DNA of 64,000 bases, from assembly GCF_018350175.1 (NCBI RefSeq), contig NC_058368.1, positions 63,242,001 through 63,306,000 of the forward strand. Reading direction: 5' to 3'. Shown in pieces: positions 1 through 14,652 of the stretch (the first letter of the stretch is position 1; every line of letters starts with the position of its first letter). Source of the stretch: Felis catus. Taxonomy: Eukaryota. The notes beneath the pieces were generated by a model that had not been told where the DNA came from, ran no database searches, and worked only from the letters and a program-made list of their open reading frames with translations. The translations under genes were made by a program, and so were the position numbers.

Positions 1-137
1 AACAGAAAGATAGATAATGAGAGAGTTCACCCTCATGACCTAATTACTTCCCAAGATTCCATCTCCAAATATCATCACATTGGGAGTTAAAGCTTTAACA
101 CATGAATTTTAGGGGTGGTACAGTTCAGTTCATAGCA
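1..137. mobile_element. ERVL-MaLR (MST/MLT1-type) LTR end
   Basis: ccctcatgacctaattacttccc...catcacattggg...aacacatgaatttt...ttcatagca is a typical MaLR LTR terminus. Confidence 0.7.
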
Positions 138-1409
138 AAGCTGGTTCTCAGTTGTGGCACCTCACCCACAGGATTGGTAGAATTCATTAACGGTTGTAGC
201 AGTCTCTCCACCCCTAACTAGCCCTTGTCCAAAATGGGTATGTTAGGTCTTTAAGACAATTATTTTTTTCATTTTCATTACAGCCATTAAAGAAAAAATA
301 AAATATTAATAGGGCCTTCTTAAAAAATTACTAAATGCTTGTAACATAGGTTCTCTATCTGAAAACAGAGAAAGCTGTTCCATTAATACTTAAGCCTCTT
401 TATCCTATGAATAGTGTAGAAACCAAACAGGATGTCAAGAACACATCTCTAAATTTTCTGCTTAATATGATATCTATTTTAGGCTCCTGAAAATATACAT
501 ACTAATTAATGGAACCAAGTAATAGACTTAGGATATATTTAAAAGCCTATGACAGCCAAATGTGATTGGGACCTCATTAAGATTAAGATTATGCATTGAT
601 GACTGTAATAAATGCTCTCATTGGCAATGGCATGAAATTTCGGTTCTCCTGGAAGTAGCATACACTTCTAAGGAATTACTTGGGTAACATCTCTTTCCAC
701 AAAGTAATTACCTTTTTATGTTTTGACATGGGTGACACGTGTTAATGGCAAAGTCTTAAGGTGTTACAAATGCATAAATCACTGTCAGATACTCTCAATT
801 ACATAACATGGGGTATTTTTATACTAATACCATCATCATCAAAAAAGTACTTAAGTTACTCTAAGAGAATTGCATAAATGCCTTTAGCAAGGAGGATTTC
901 CATATTGAAAACAATAACACATTTGTGAATATACAGAGAAAAGACCTAAGAACTGCATAAAATAAGGTACAAAATCAGAAGGATGTTGAAGAGTCTGGCA
1001 GAGGTAAGTGTGTTTTGAAACAGTGACATGTTTTTGTTGGTGAGGTGAAATTGTAGTGAAATTCAATGGTGGTGAAAAGCTATCTTTAGTCCTACAGATA
1101 TGAGTATGATATCTCAGGTGAATGCTAGTGTATTGAGTTCATGTTCTGTACTGACCTTATCCACCGATGTGTAGGACCAGAAAATAGAATGGCTTATACA
1201 CACTAATGACTGGAAACATGCTGCAAGTACTAAAATATGTACGTTGAATTTGAAACATGCTATTATTATGAGAAGAGGATTACTTTCCTAATTATATTTT
1301 AATATGAGTTGGCATTTCCAGAACACAGACTGTGTATTGAAAAGGAAGATGTTTTAGATATATGCTAATGCCATCCAAATATGAGAGACACATGGGATTT
1401 GGTCTGTCG

Positions 1410-1410
<1 letters not shown>

Positions 1411-1446
<36 letters not shown>
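1411..1446. repeat. (CA)n microsatellite
   Basis: pure CA run. Confidence 0.98.
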
Positions 1447-1449
<3 letters not shown>

Positions 1450-2987
1450 TTTTATCTTGAATCTGCTCCCCTTTCACAAGGACTTTTCTTACAGAATGCA
1501 TTTATGCCTTCCCTTTGAAACTACTTGCTCTAAACTCCATCTATAGCAAACTTGTCAGTAGGACTGTCGAAGGAAGCAGTCAAATTCAGTATACAACTGT
1601 TTTCCATATGAGTAACCACCATTTTCCTCTCCCATCACAGAGAAATAGATTGCCAAAATTGAACCTTTGTTATTTGTGATCAGGTCGTGGAAGTGGAAGC
1701 TTAATTCTCTGATGAACTGTGCCCACAAGTTTGAAGGGGCACCAAAGTCTGTGGGTGGGCAGGGAGTCAGCACTGAGCAGAGGTGCAAGATAGATGGGAA
1801 AATGAAAAATTTTAAATACAGATAAGAGAATAGGAAGAAAAAGAAACCAGAAAGTAAGGCTCTGAAGAGGAAAGAAGACGAAAGCAAAAGAAGCAGAAGT
1901 GTGTATTTTGCACCTTGTGAAACATTCTGTGTGTGCGGTATAGGGTGGAACAAAGAGCTTTCACAGTCTCCACAGAATGTTCAGATGGAGTATGTGTTTC
2001 TAAAAGAAAGCTCATAAAAAGTGCCTTCACTGCAAAATTCTGCAGCAACAACAAACAACAATGGTTACTGCCGTCTGAGTGCTGACTGTATCATAGATCC
2101 TGGAGGCGTATACAGACATGTTTTCCAGTTTCCAATCTTTAAAACCAAACCCTAATGTGGTTATTTATGCTTACTTCAGCTGGAGACAAAAAGGATCAGA
2201 GCATTTCAGTGACTTGCCAAAAGCATCAGAGCTCTTAAGTGGAAAAGTCCAAGACTCCCCTTTTGCTACTATACCATTTTGACAGATTTATTTGTAATAT
2301 TCTACCTTTGCATTATTTCTGATACAATAAGGCAGCATTTGAGTATAGTTGTATTTAGGGCACAGACCCTCAGTGAAAGTGTTTCTGATTGATATCATTG
2401 CTTAATCAACATAAGATAGTAGGGCCCACTTTGGGGGATCTGCTTTTCTTTCTCTCTATTCAAGGAAGACTGGTAAGGGCAAATGTGTACAGTTCCAGAC
2501 TCTCTAAGCCACAGTGATTGATGCAGAGATGGCCATGTGGCCCAGCATGGTTCAAACAAGTGGTTTTTCCTATTATTTTTCTAATGGGAACAGGTGGTAG
2601 GGGGCTGTTGATTATGAGACTGTAAAGTCTGGAGTTGTCTGGTTAAGTGTCTGTGACTTAACCAAGAAGAATATGTTCTTCAGGCACTAGATGAGATATG
2701 GAAAGAGCCAGATTCCTGGCAGCATTTGGACCTCTAATTCCAAGCATCTCTCTAAGAATGTCCTTCTTAGAATTTTTCCAGTCAATAATTTATTTATTTT
2801 TCCTGTTAGCAATAGTGATTTTAAGACACTTAAGAAGAATGCTGACTTAAATATAAGTGAACTCCTGATTTAAAACCAATACAACTTTTTAAATGGCAAA
2901 AAAAAAAACAACAACATATCATTTTACTGCATAGGAAATTGATGTTTGCTTAGAACATAAAAATATATTTTTTAAAATGACTATCTT

Positions 2988-3200
2988 GGGGCGCCTGGGT
3001 GGCGCAGTCGGTTAAGCGTCCGACTTCAGCCAGGTCACGATCTCGCAGTCCTTGAGTTCGAGCCCCGCGTCGGGCTCTGGGCTGATGGCTCGGAGCCTGG
3101 AGCCTGTTTCCGATTCTGTGTCTCCCTCTCTCTCTGCCCCTCCCCCGTTCATGCTCTGTCTCTCTCTGTCCCAAAAATAAATAAACGTTGAAAAAAAAAT
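2988..3200 (+). mobile_element. Young feline Can-SINE (SINEC_Fc-like)
   Basis: ggggcgcctgggtggcgcagtcggttaagcg head, CT-rich body, A tail; perfect TSD aaaatgactatctt at 2974-2987 and 3201-3214. Confidence 0.96.
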
Positions 3201-4102
3201 AAAATGACTATCTTGCTTTCCATAGGAAAAAATGGGTGATATATGTTATGAAAGTAATAAAGCGAGAAAGGAAACAAGGAGGAAGAAAGGAAGATCCAAA
3301 TTGTGCAAATAAAATAGCATTAATGTGAATTCTGTCTTTTATAATGCGATGAGAAAACATCGAATATCAGTTCTAAATTTTTGATTGGTGGAAATAAATT
3401 CTGATAGCCCCAACCCACAAGGTGGATAAAAGGATATGCATTCAAATCTGCCATCTTGCTTTATTCTAGATGAGGGTAAGTTTGCTCAAAGGAGTAGCAG
3501 AGTTCTGCAGTACTCTCAAGATTGAATTCTGTTCACATCTTTCCTTGGCCCTTCAGTCAGTGAGATCGTCTTTGGCTAGATCTGCACATTGGTAATGATA
3601 TATTATCATGAAAAAGACCAGGAATCCACACTGCATTTATGATAAGCTCCCGCCTGTTTTTATTTGACCTCCCCACCATGTTGTTCACCCTCAATTCACA
3701 TTCTTCAGCAAATCCAAGGACACCAAGGAAATGAGTTGAAAATCACTGACCAGGAAGACAGGTGGTGTGTCTACGATAGCACTTGACACAGAAGATTGAA
3801 TTTCTAAAATAAAATAAAATAAAATATCAAGAAATAATAAATATAGAGTAAGTAATAGTTCTGTTGTATGCAAAGCCTAAGTGTTTCCTTAAAGACAATT
3901 TATATACTAAAAAGATGAGGTCTCTGGAATAGGTGTGGACTGTCAAGTATTGTGCAGTGTGATTCTATTACCTTTGGTATTGTGAGCTGCCCGTTGCAAA
4001 AGGCATGAGGAATTTGAGAAATGTATTTGGAGTATTAGAATTAAAATTGATGGCCATTTAAAAAGTTTAAATATATTCAAATTGTGCTTTGCCACATTTA
4101 TT

Positions 4103-4323
4103 ATTCTTTTAGAGTTTTTTAAATGTTTATTTATTTTTGAGAGAGAGAGAGAGACACAGTGCAAGCAGGGGAGAGGCAGAGAGAGAGGAACACACAGAAT
4201 CCAAAGCAGGCTTCAGGCTCTGAGCTGTCAGCCCAGAGACCAAAATGGGAGGACCCACGGACCGGGAGATCACGACCTGAGCTGAAGTCAAACACTCAAC
4301 TGACGGAGACACCCAGGCGCCCC
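4103..4323 (-). mobile_element. Can-SINE
   Basis: reverse SINE ending cccaggcgcccc; tttgccacattta on both flanks. Confidence 0.92.
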
Positions 4324-4930
4324 TGTTTTGCCACATTTATTTTGAAATGTAAAGTTTGTTCTAATTATTAGTGTAATATTTCTTTTACACTATGTCAATT
4401 TATATGAATAATTACGTTTTCATATAAGACTAGATTATTGCCATGTAGCATTAACATGTATTCAGAAGTCAGCAAGAAAATAATTTGTTCAAGAAAAATA
4501 CCAATATTTGTAAATTGCTTTTAAAAAAAGTTGATCCTTCAGAGAACATTTTTGCTTTCCTATAAGCTTTTATAGATTATAAAGAAATTAAATTATTAAA
4601 AAAAATTGAATTATTGTTATGAATAAAGATTGGTGAGGGAAGTGGTTGTACCAACGTTATTTAAATTAACTACTATTAGTTTGATTATATTATTATGATT
4701 ATATTATTATGATTACCAGGATCTTTCTTTTGTGAGAGGAAATAAGATTATTTTGAACAGGTTTTTCCCAGAAGAATAAATACAAATTGTCAATAAACAT
4801 ATAAATCTATGCTTATCCTCACAAATAAAGGAACCCAAATTAAAATGAAATAGTGCTTCCAATGTAATATTAAGAAAATTTTAATGAAATTAAACCATCT
4901 AAGTGCAGTAGGCAATTAAGTATAAAACAC

Positions 4931-6250
4931 TCATTTATTTATTCAATAAATATATATTGAGTATATACTATATATTAGGCATTCTGTACCCTAGGGAAGT
5001 AATAACAAATCATACAAGTCCCTGCCCCCATAAATCCTACATTCTAAAAGAGAAGACTAATAACAAACAGAAAACAAATAAATGATACAAATTTGGAAAG
5101 TTTTAAGTTCTATGAAGAAAATAAGGAATAGAGAGCAGTTAAAAGGCCAAGTAGTCAATGAGCTGTGTCTCTTAGATAAGAAAGGAGAAAACACCGAAGG
5201 AAAGACATGAATGATGATGATGGACCAGCCATAAAAATATCTGGGATAGGTCATTGTAGGCAGAGGAGAAACAAAGATAAAGGTTTGGAGGAAAGAATAG
5301 GAATGGCATAACCACGAAGCAAAAAGATGACTAGTGCGACTACGTTCGATGAGCAAAGAGAAGAGTAGTAGGAAACATTAAGATGTAGAGGCAGGGACCA
5401 GATTGGTTACGGCCTTCTGGACCATAAAAGGACTTCAGATACTATCCTATATAAAATGAGAGGTCTTTGGATGCTTTTTATTGGGAGATTTATATGATCT
5501 CATGTGCATTTTTAAAAAGCACTTTTACATCTGTGTGGAGACTGGACTGTGAAGGGGCGTGGGTGGAAGCTACGTGATCAGTGAGGAAGGCATTGCTCAA
5601 GGCTTCATGATGGGTGATAGTGGCTTAGATTAGGGTGGTAGAAGTGGAAGCTGTGGGAAGTAGCCAGATTTGAGTTATATTCTAATGTTTGAATTTGTAG
5701 CATGTGTGATGGATTAAATGTAAGTGGTGAGGGGAAAAGATCAGAATGACTCCTAGAGCTTGGCCTTTGTAACTAGGTAAATGGTAGTTACTTAAGATGG
5801 AAAATACTGAGTGGTGAGAAAAGAGGGGGGGCAGAACCAAGAGTTCCATTGTGAATTTATTAGGTTGAGACATTGGGGAGCAATGTTAGACATTAGAGTG
5901 GAAATTTTAGGGAGACAGATATAGAAGGTTGAAGTTCAACTAAGGAATTGGGGCTAGTGATAAAATGGGGGGGTATCAAATTATATATGATATTTAAAAT
6001 CATGGAGCTGGAAGGAATCAGTAAGAGATAATACAGAAAAGAAAAAGATCTAGGATTGAGTCTGAGAATACTTCAATATTTAAGGGGCAGAAAGAGGAGG
6101 TACCTGTAAATGATGGGAAGTAAAAAGTAGCAAAGTGAAAAAACAAAAACATGTTTAAAGTCCAAAGTAAGAAAATATTCCCATGTACTATAATTACGAA
6201 AGAGGACTTCTTTGTAGTAGAAAATTTTGAGCGTTGGGTGGAATTTGGAA
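4931..6250 (-). mobile_element. L2 LINE fragment
   Basis: starts with reverse L2 tail (tcatttatttattcaataaatatatattgag) followed by purine-rich L2-like body. Confidence 0.75.
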
Positions 6251-7269
6251 TTCCTATCACTCTGGCCTCAGATATTTATAAGTGCAAGTATTAACCACCA
6301 TACTTTTTGGTCAAGTGTGGTGGGAGATTTATGATTCTTTGTAAAAAACTCATTTTCATTTCTTACATGGTATCCAAAGTACATTTGGATCAAGAAATGT
6401 GAGTGATCAAGAAATGATCAAGAGTGATCAAGAAATGGGTCATTCTTTGGGGTAGGCGTTACATAAATTCAGATTCACTTGAAGTTTTTTTGAATTTTTA
6501 ACATTCCTCAAAGATGATAAGAAAGTGCTCTTATTTATTTCATGCCTTTCCATCACATTTTAATCTTCTCATATGCCATAGTCTGAAGGAAGTTTTTGGA
6601 AGTCTTCTGGAGTCAGGTTAAAAAAAGACTTTTAATCTGATACTAGACATCAGGCTCCGACTTCCATTTATGTTCAGGGTACAGTGGTCCTGAGGTTTTC
6701 AGCACCATGAAGAAAAAAGCAGGTAAAATCAGCCTCATGTGTTGATGGAGCAGGGAAGCCCAAGACAGAGAATTCGAGAATAGCAAAAATTCACAATACA
6801 CACATACACACCCCCTCCACACACACACACACTCCTGTCTCTGTATCAATATTTGCCAAATAGTCACAAAAACTTTTAGACTACACCTTGTCAGTGAAAG
6901 CTTTCTTTCTAAAGCACCAATTGCTCTAGATTAAAGTGCGATGAGAAGTAAAATGAACACAGGCAAAACCATACAATATAGACAAAATCCACTGAAGGCA
7001 AAGATGCTGATATTACAATACTCTGTGGTGAGCAATTGACAGGTTTAATTCAATGTTGTCATATTATTTCATAATTGTTTTATGTCTTTCTCTAATTAAA
7101 AATCCTCATTTTTCCAAATGATATTGACATACCAATATGTCTTACCTGAAACAGAAGGAAAAAGTCCTCGGAATAGCCTAAATAGATAAACGTATTTCAT
7201 TACAGATACAAACGCAACCACTTCATTGGCCAAAACCAAACAACAACAACAAAAAACCCTCTTACCCAA

Positions 7270-7476
7270 TGGTTAGATAAGCTATTGCCCATGGGCCAAA
7301 TCTAGCCCACCAGCTATTGTTGTAGAGGAAACTTTATTGGCTATTTATTTATGTGTGGTCTATGACTATTTTCATGCTACTGTGGTTGGGCTGAGTAGTT
7401 ACAAGGGAGAATGTATGACATCAGAACCTACAATATTTACCACCTGACTCTTTACAGAAACACAACGCCAACTCCT
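7270..7476. mobile_element. hAT-Charlie MITE, MER58A-like
   Basis: gcccatgggccaaatctagcccac...atatttaccacctgactctttacagaaa...gccaactcct. Confidence 0.7.
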
Positions 7477-8541
7477 ATCTTAGAACTTCTCTTAGCATCT
7501 ATATGCTTCTATTTTACATACAGCTCTAACGAGTGGTATTATTTATCCTCCCAGGTTGAATCAGTAAAAGGGAAGTGAACAAACATTTGTAAATGAAAGC
7601 ATTAACCTTTCTTCTTCCCCTCTTCCACACAGTATAATAATGGCCCTTGGCTAAGAGCTTAATTGAGTTCTCACTAGAACAATTACTTCAAACTTTCAGT
7701 TTTGAAACTAAGGAAGCTCTAAAGAAGAATGTGGATTCCTTTCTAAATCTCGGAATACTTAAAAGAATATCCACGGCAATTAGGGCAAGTGCTAAACACT
7801 ATCACACGTGATAAGGTAACTGACTGACTCTATGTAAAGGCTAGTACCTGGAAAACATTTGTTTTTCTCAATATAGATTTAGCCTACTGTTTATGTTAAT
7901 TAGTTTTATTCTTGGCACATCTGTGTGAATGTGTCAAACAATTCTGATCTTTACTCTTTGAAAATGTGAGAACAGAAACTGACAAGCTGAAGTTGATGAA
8001 GGTGGATACAAAGCAACAAAGACCTGATCTGATTAGAATGCACAGGTCACAGTGGCCCTTGTCCCTGGTCTGTTCTGTGGACCTCTGGATGTTTACAGCC
8101 AGCATCAATGATTTGGCTAAAGGCTCATGGAATTAACCCAGTTTGAGTGATCGCCTGGAGAAATATATAATGAGAAGAAGGGACTGGATCCTTCAGTAAA
8201 TTCACTGGTTAACTAATCTTGAACACCATGAAGGATGGGTGGGGATCTCCCCCCGCTCCCCCCCCCAAAAGGAATATCTTTAATAGCCCAAAACAGGAAA
8301 AGGGGAAAAAGAGGAGTGAGCATAAAAATTAGGAATTTGCCTCTGACTTCTTAGGTGTTTTTGCTTTCCAATCTGGAAAAATCATATTTCATGCACAGCT
8401 TTAACTATTTCTTTTCTTTGTTGCTTAGTAATAAATATGAAAGACTTTTAAGTACAAAATGATTACCCATGTTTTCAATGGCAGAGTACAGTTTATTCCC
8501 TTCAGGATTACCTGAAGATATGAGGCTTTGTGCCGTTCATA

Positions 8542-9880
<1,339 letters not shown>

Positions 9881-10055
9881 GTTTTGTATCTGTAAATCCA
9901 TTTTGGCATTCGTGATTAACACGGATATGTGTGGCACTTTAAATTTTCCTTTAAGCTAATTATAACATCTTACTGGAATCTTCTCAAATTAATGAGTGAG
10001 ATTAAAAAATAAATTTTGACATGCATTTGGTTTATATTTTTATAATTGTCATGGT

Positions 10056-10393
10056 TGTTGAAAGATAAACTGAGGCATATTAAATTTTTTGAGAGTTTAT
10101 TTGAGCAAGAATCTATTTGAACCAGGCAGTGCCAAACCACAAGTGGTTAGGAGCTCTTCACCAATAGGTAGGGGACTTTTATAGATGAAAGGTGGAAATA
10201 AAGCAAGGAAATTATTGATTGGCTATAGCTTAAGGTCTATTTGGTTGTTTGTGATTGGTTGTTCTTAGGCTTTTATTTCATAATTTCGAGGCATTTACAG
10301 GTTTAAATGTTTTTTTGTTGTTGTTGTTTACATAGGTCTCCATGGCATTACAGCACATCAGTCCAATAGCCTCTTTGTTTAATTAATTTCACA
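10056..10393 (-). mobile_element. Solo ERV LTR (ERV1-like, 4-bp TSD)
   Basis: TG...CA termini; TSD tggt at 10052-10055 and 10394-10397; minus-strand CCAAT boxes, TATA (10177-10184) and AATAAA (10096-10101). Confidence 0.75.
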
Positions 10394-11077
10394 TGGTTTT
10401 ATCTTTTTTAAAAAAATTTCTTTAATGGTTGTAATCCCATTTTTAAAACACCAACTCCACAAGAAAAAAATATCCTATTCATCTGTCCAACCTTGGTAGT
10501 CATGATGGAAAGATGATTAAAAGGACAAAGTGGAAAGGCAAATGTGGCCTACTCATGTCTCTCTTTGACTTGCCCTCTAGAGGGAGAATGCAATTTCCTG
10601 TCCAAAGCCCTGAATGTGGAGCAGCCCTTGGCGGGGCTGGAAGTTCCACAACGAGAAAGAACACAACACACTGAGAATTAACAATCAAATAGGCAGCTCT
10701 GGAAATATACTCGGGAAGAAATTCTGATTCCCTCTTGTACACTAAGGGACAAGGACCTCCAAGAAGGGAACACTATAATAGGGAAGGCAGATACTTGGAT
10801 TACACATGCATTGAGAATTACACGTGTACTCTACTGAGTCATTTGTGAACCCTCATTTAACCTTCATTAAAAACATATAGAACAAATTCATTTATCCCTT
10901 TCTGCAGATTTGGAAACTGGTGCTAGAAAACATTGAACACAGATGAAACACCAATTAGGAAGTAAAAATAAAGTCACAATTTCATGCATTAACAGTATAC
11001 TTCTCATTATAGTACCAGGACGTGGGACCTGTAGTGCACTTTCCCAGAAAGTTCGGCCAAATCTGTCTCACACATAC

Positions 11078-11408
11078 CTCTGGGTACAGTACTTTTATAA
11101 CCATGCAGTGCCAATGGTTCTGCTTATCCCCTTCCTGTGGCTTCAAAACTTCATGATAGCACTTGCTGCTGCTACCATTGTCATCTTGCTTTCTTCTTAA
11201 GAAGAAACACTGTGCGAGTATTATGTTACACTCAACATTCTTCCACTGGGTTAAGACACTCTGCGCTAAATGCAAAAGTGTAGTGCTGGTTCTGGCACTG
11301 GCATGCAGACTGGTATTGAGGCCTTCAAAACCAGTGAGACTGCAGGTGATGCTGGCGATGTAGATTCCCACCAAAGAGGAACTGATGACTCTGCTGAAAG
11401 ATTTTTTT
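11078..11408 (-). other. Candidate 331-nt exon of an unidentified transcript
   Basis: ttccttccttcag acceptor, GAG|GTATGT donor, one frame open throughout; peptide not recognised. Confidence 0.25.
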
Positions 11409-12396
11409 CTGAAGGAAGGAAATACTTTTCACTCACCTTCTTACCACATTCAGATAATAGTGTGATAAAACTGCTTCCTTGAGTCTTTCAGAGACTTTGA
11501 ATGAAAATTACTCATTATTGTATATAGATTCATAGGGCTTGTTTATTTTTTTACACATAATTTTCCATATATTCCAAGTTGGGCATAATGCCATGGGGAG
11601 CTGAGCTGGGGAAATGAATGATTTGAGGGGCAGAAGTCATGCCATAATTCTCTTGAGTCATTTAGCCTAGAAGAAAATACCTTGTATAACTCACCATCTC
11701 CTAAAAGTATAACTGAATTACAGTTCACTGTATTAAAATTGATTCATTTCATAATTCTAAGGCATTAAAAGGGTACACTCTGGTCAGTAGAGTGTTTAAC
11801 ATAACAAGAAAGTGTGTAATTTTTTCAAACTTAAATTCAAAATGGTTTTAATAAGTTAAAATCTTGCTACTTGAAACAATGAGCTTTTGTCATTGGGAAA
11901 TCAGTCATAAGGAACACCTCTTTCACTGAAGATTCTGGATAATGAGGCATCAGTAGGAAACAGGACAGTATCATATTTATTTTCACAATGTTCACCTCAA
12001 AGTAGAAATCAATTCAATTGATTCCTGAATTTGGAGGAAGAATATTAGTTCAATCCAAATAATTGAGGTAAAACATGATTAAATATAAGCATTCAATATG
12101 TGGCTATATCAAACCATCTCTACTCAAGCTGTGAATACAATAGTGGAAATGATCCCAGTGACCAGACCCTATATTCTGAGGGATTTGGAAAGAAAGAAGC
12201 AAGCACTTCCACAGGAAAAGCAAATCCTACTGCCAGATGGAATAGATTGGAACTGTTTGTTGAGGTGATTCATCAGGTATTACATTCCCTTGTGAGAGGG
12301 GGTATTAAAAAGTTTAGCTTTTGCCCAGGAATGCATCCTTTTCCCAAGACCTTAAGATTGATACATGATGGCTTGAGGGGGAAGGACAAAAGAGGC

Positions 12397-12586
12397 AGCA
12401 GGTCAGCAAACTGCAGCTAGTGAGCTAAACCCTACGTGTGGACTGTGACTGTTTTTTAAAGACAATTTAATTGAAACACAGCCATACCCATTCACTTGCA
12501 TATCATCTGTGGTTACAGCAGGGGTAGAGCTTATTGATTGCCAAAGAGACCGTATGGTCCTTTATAGAAAATGTTTGCCAATCCCT
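12397..12586. mobile_element. hAT-Charlie MITE, MER58A-like
   Basis: caggtcagcaaactg...gaaacacagccatacccattc...tttatagaaaatgtttgccaatccct. Confidence 0.7.
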
Positions 12587-12959
12587 ACCTTAGTATAACA
12601 AGTATAAGTGTGAAACCTGCATCATAAATGAAATACTTATCTGGAAATCTCTGAATTAACAAGCCTTAGCAAAAGTTGCTATATATAGATCTTGACCTTA
12701 GAACCAGTAACTAGACTTTGGGGAATAAATTCCTGACTGACTTCACTTTAATTCAAGTTTATCCTACCAGGTACCAGAAAGTTCCCTTGCTCTCTTCTCT
12801 ACAGTAAATCAAGTATTTCTGGTTATATGCTGTTCTTTATTCAAATCTATTTGGGTTAAGGGATAGATTGTTGTTCTGAAAATTATTGCAATTGAATACA
12901 CTAATGTTGTTAAGTTGAGCATTCCCTGCAAGCTGATAGCTGCCAAAGATAAAATGGAT

Positions 12960-13262
12960 AGTCTCTTAATCAGCTCAGGCTGCCATGGCCAAATTCCATG
13001 AACTGTGTGGCTTAAATGACAGAAATTTATTTCTCACAGTTCTGGAGTCTAGAAAGGCCCAATCAGAGTGCTAGCCAATTTAGGACCTGATGAGAACTCT
13101 TCCTGGTTTGTACATGGCTATCTTCTCACTGTGTTCTCACACAAATGCTTCTTTGTGCATGTGCATGGAAAGAGAACCAATCATCTCTCTGGTATTGTTT
13201 TGTTTTGTTTTTCTATGAAGCGTTAATCTCATCATGAGGTCTCCGCCTCCACAACCTCAGAA
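12960..13262. mobile_element. MaLR LTR (MLT1A/B-like)
   Basis: ggcttaaatgacagaaatttatttctcacagttctggagtctagaa signature. Confidence 0.75.
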
Positions 13263-13639
13263 AACAGCATCTACAGGACATTTTCACAAATCAGATCAAA
13301 TTGTAGCTCAAGCTTGCTTTAAAAAGCAACTACTACAAAGTTTATTTTCTCCCTTTGTTTGTTGATAGTCATTGATTGTTATTTTGGTTGGCAGATACCC
13401 TGCACTAACTTTGGTCTCATTATTTATTAATAGGTTTTTTCCTCAATTTAGTACTTGAATTAATTCTAGATATAAAAAGAGAAACTGCAATTGTCAAAGT
13501 ACTTTTCTGCTGTGTATTAAACATGTATGTTTACTTATTGTATCAAGGCTCTACTTTGGGGATAGTTTTAAAATAGTCTATTTTTTATAATACCTACATG
13601 CAGAATTTTTGTTTATTTTTTTCTAAAAGTGGTTTAACC

Positions 13640-14100
13640 TAGTCTAACCTTATGTTAAAGATGACTCTGACAAAATATATATATATATAAATGTGAAGAA
13701 ATCTTTTTAGTAGGTGAAAGTGTAGCTGACTTTCTCCTGCAGCCCCACCATGAATGACAACAGATGGATCAGGAATTTCTATCCATCTCTTGAATGTAAT
13801 CAAAGAGACACTGAGATATGGAGTCAGGAAGCTCTGGGGAGCCAACTGAAAGAACAAAAGCTGAGTTAAATTGTGGAGAGCAAAACAGACCACACTTATA
13901 AATAAAGGCATAAAGGAGACCATTTTGCCCAAAGGATACTGAAAGAACAAACTTGGTGACAGACAGAAGCCTTGTTTCCAACGACAGTCCCCAAAAGACC
14001 TGATTGTATTTATCCAAACCTCTATAATACACTTCTCTTTTTGTTTAAGGACTCTTCAACAGGTTTCAGTTCCTTGCAATCAATGATCCCTGTCTGGAAT
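13640..14100. mobile_element. Old ERVL/MaLR-type LTR
   Basis: ends aatacacttctctttttgtttaag...ggtttcagttccttgcaatcaa, like old LTR termini. Confidence 0.4.
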
Positions 14101-14652
14101 AGAAATTGGTACCTATGATAGCGTAGCAAGATAGAGATTCTCAATAGTATGAATTTGTTTAATGTTTTGAGAGAGCAGGGAAGGGAAAGGCTGGAAGAGC
14201 TAGGATATTGTCTGTAGGATACCCTGGGGACTTACCTAATTAATTTGTTTATTGTAACCTGATGGGATTTAAGTCAGACCACTGAAAAAATTTTGGGGTA
14301 CTAGGATGCAGAATATAAGGTTAATGTAGGTATTTCTTATGACCTTAAATAAAGTTTTAGTAAAGGAAAAGATTTGCTGTAGTCCAAGGTGACCCTACTG
14401 AGTGTTGAGAATGTAAAGCAGAATGCTCACACTAGTGTAAAAGCACATAGGATTGCTATTAGCAGAAAGATGAAGGGTCCAAGAGTAAAGGTGACTCTGC
14501 AATGGGGGGGGGGGGGGGAGAAGGTGTGGTATTTTGTCCTCTGAGAAAAAATATCTGTTAAAGAGTTCCAGAAGAATCAGGTTTTAGGGATTCAGGGAGT
14601 CAAGCAGATCCAAGAATCAGGGGAAAGACATTTAAAAAGCAAATCTGGTTGA

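Noticed and set aside
888..1008. Plus-strand exon candidate ending GAG|gtaagt
   Set aside because: Weak acceptor, a stop in the best-looking frame and no partner exons; no coding support.
2950..3174. Recurrent ORFs MGQRETEHERGRG... and MAQSV...SAQVMIS... (also 36529, 46817, 55122, 57289)
   Set aside because: They are translations of Can-SINE sequence, not a gene family.
8497..8540. PSGLP-like codons upstream of RPSA as a 5' piece of MAPK1IP1L
   Set aside because: Only five codons match and downstream spacing does not fit; likely chance.
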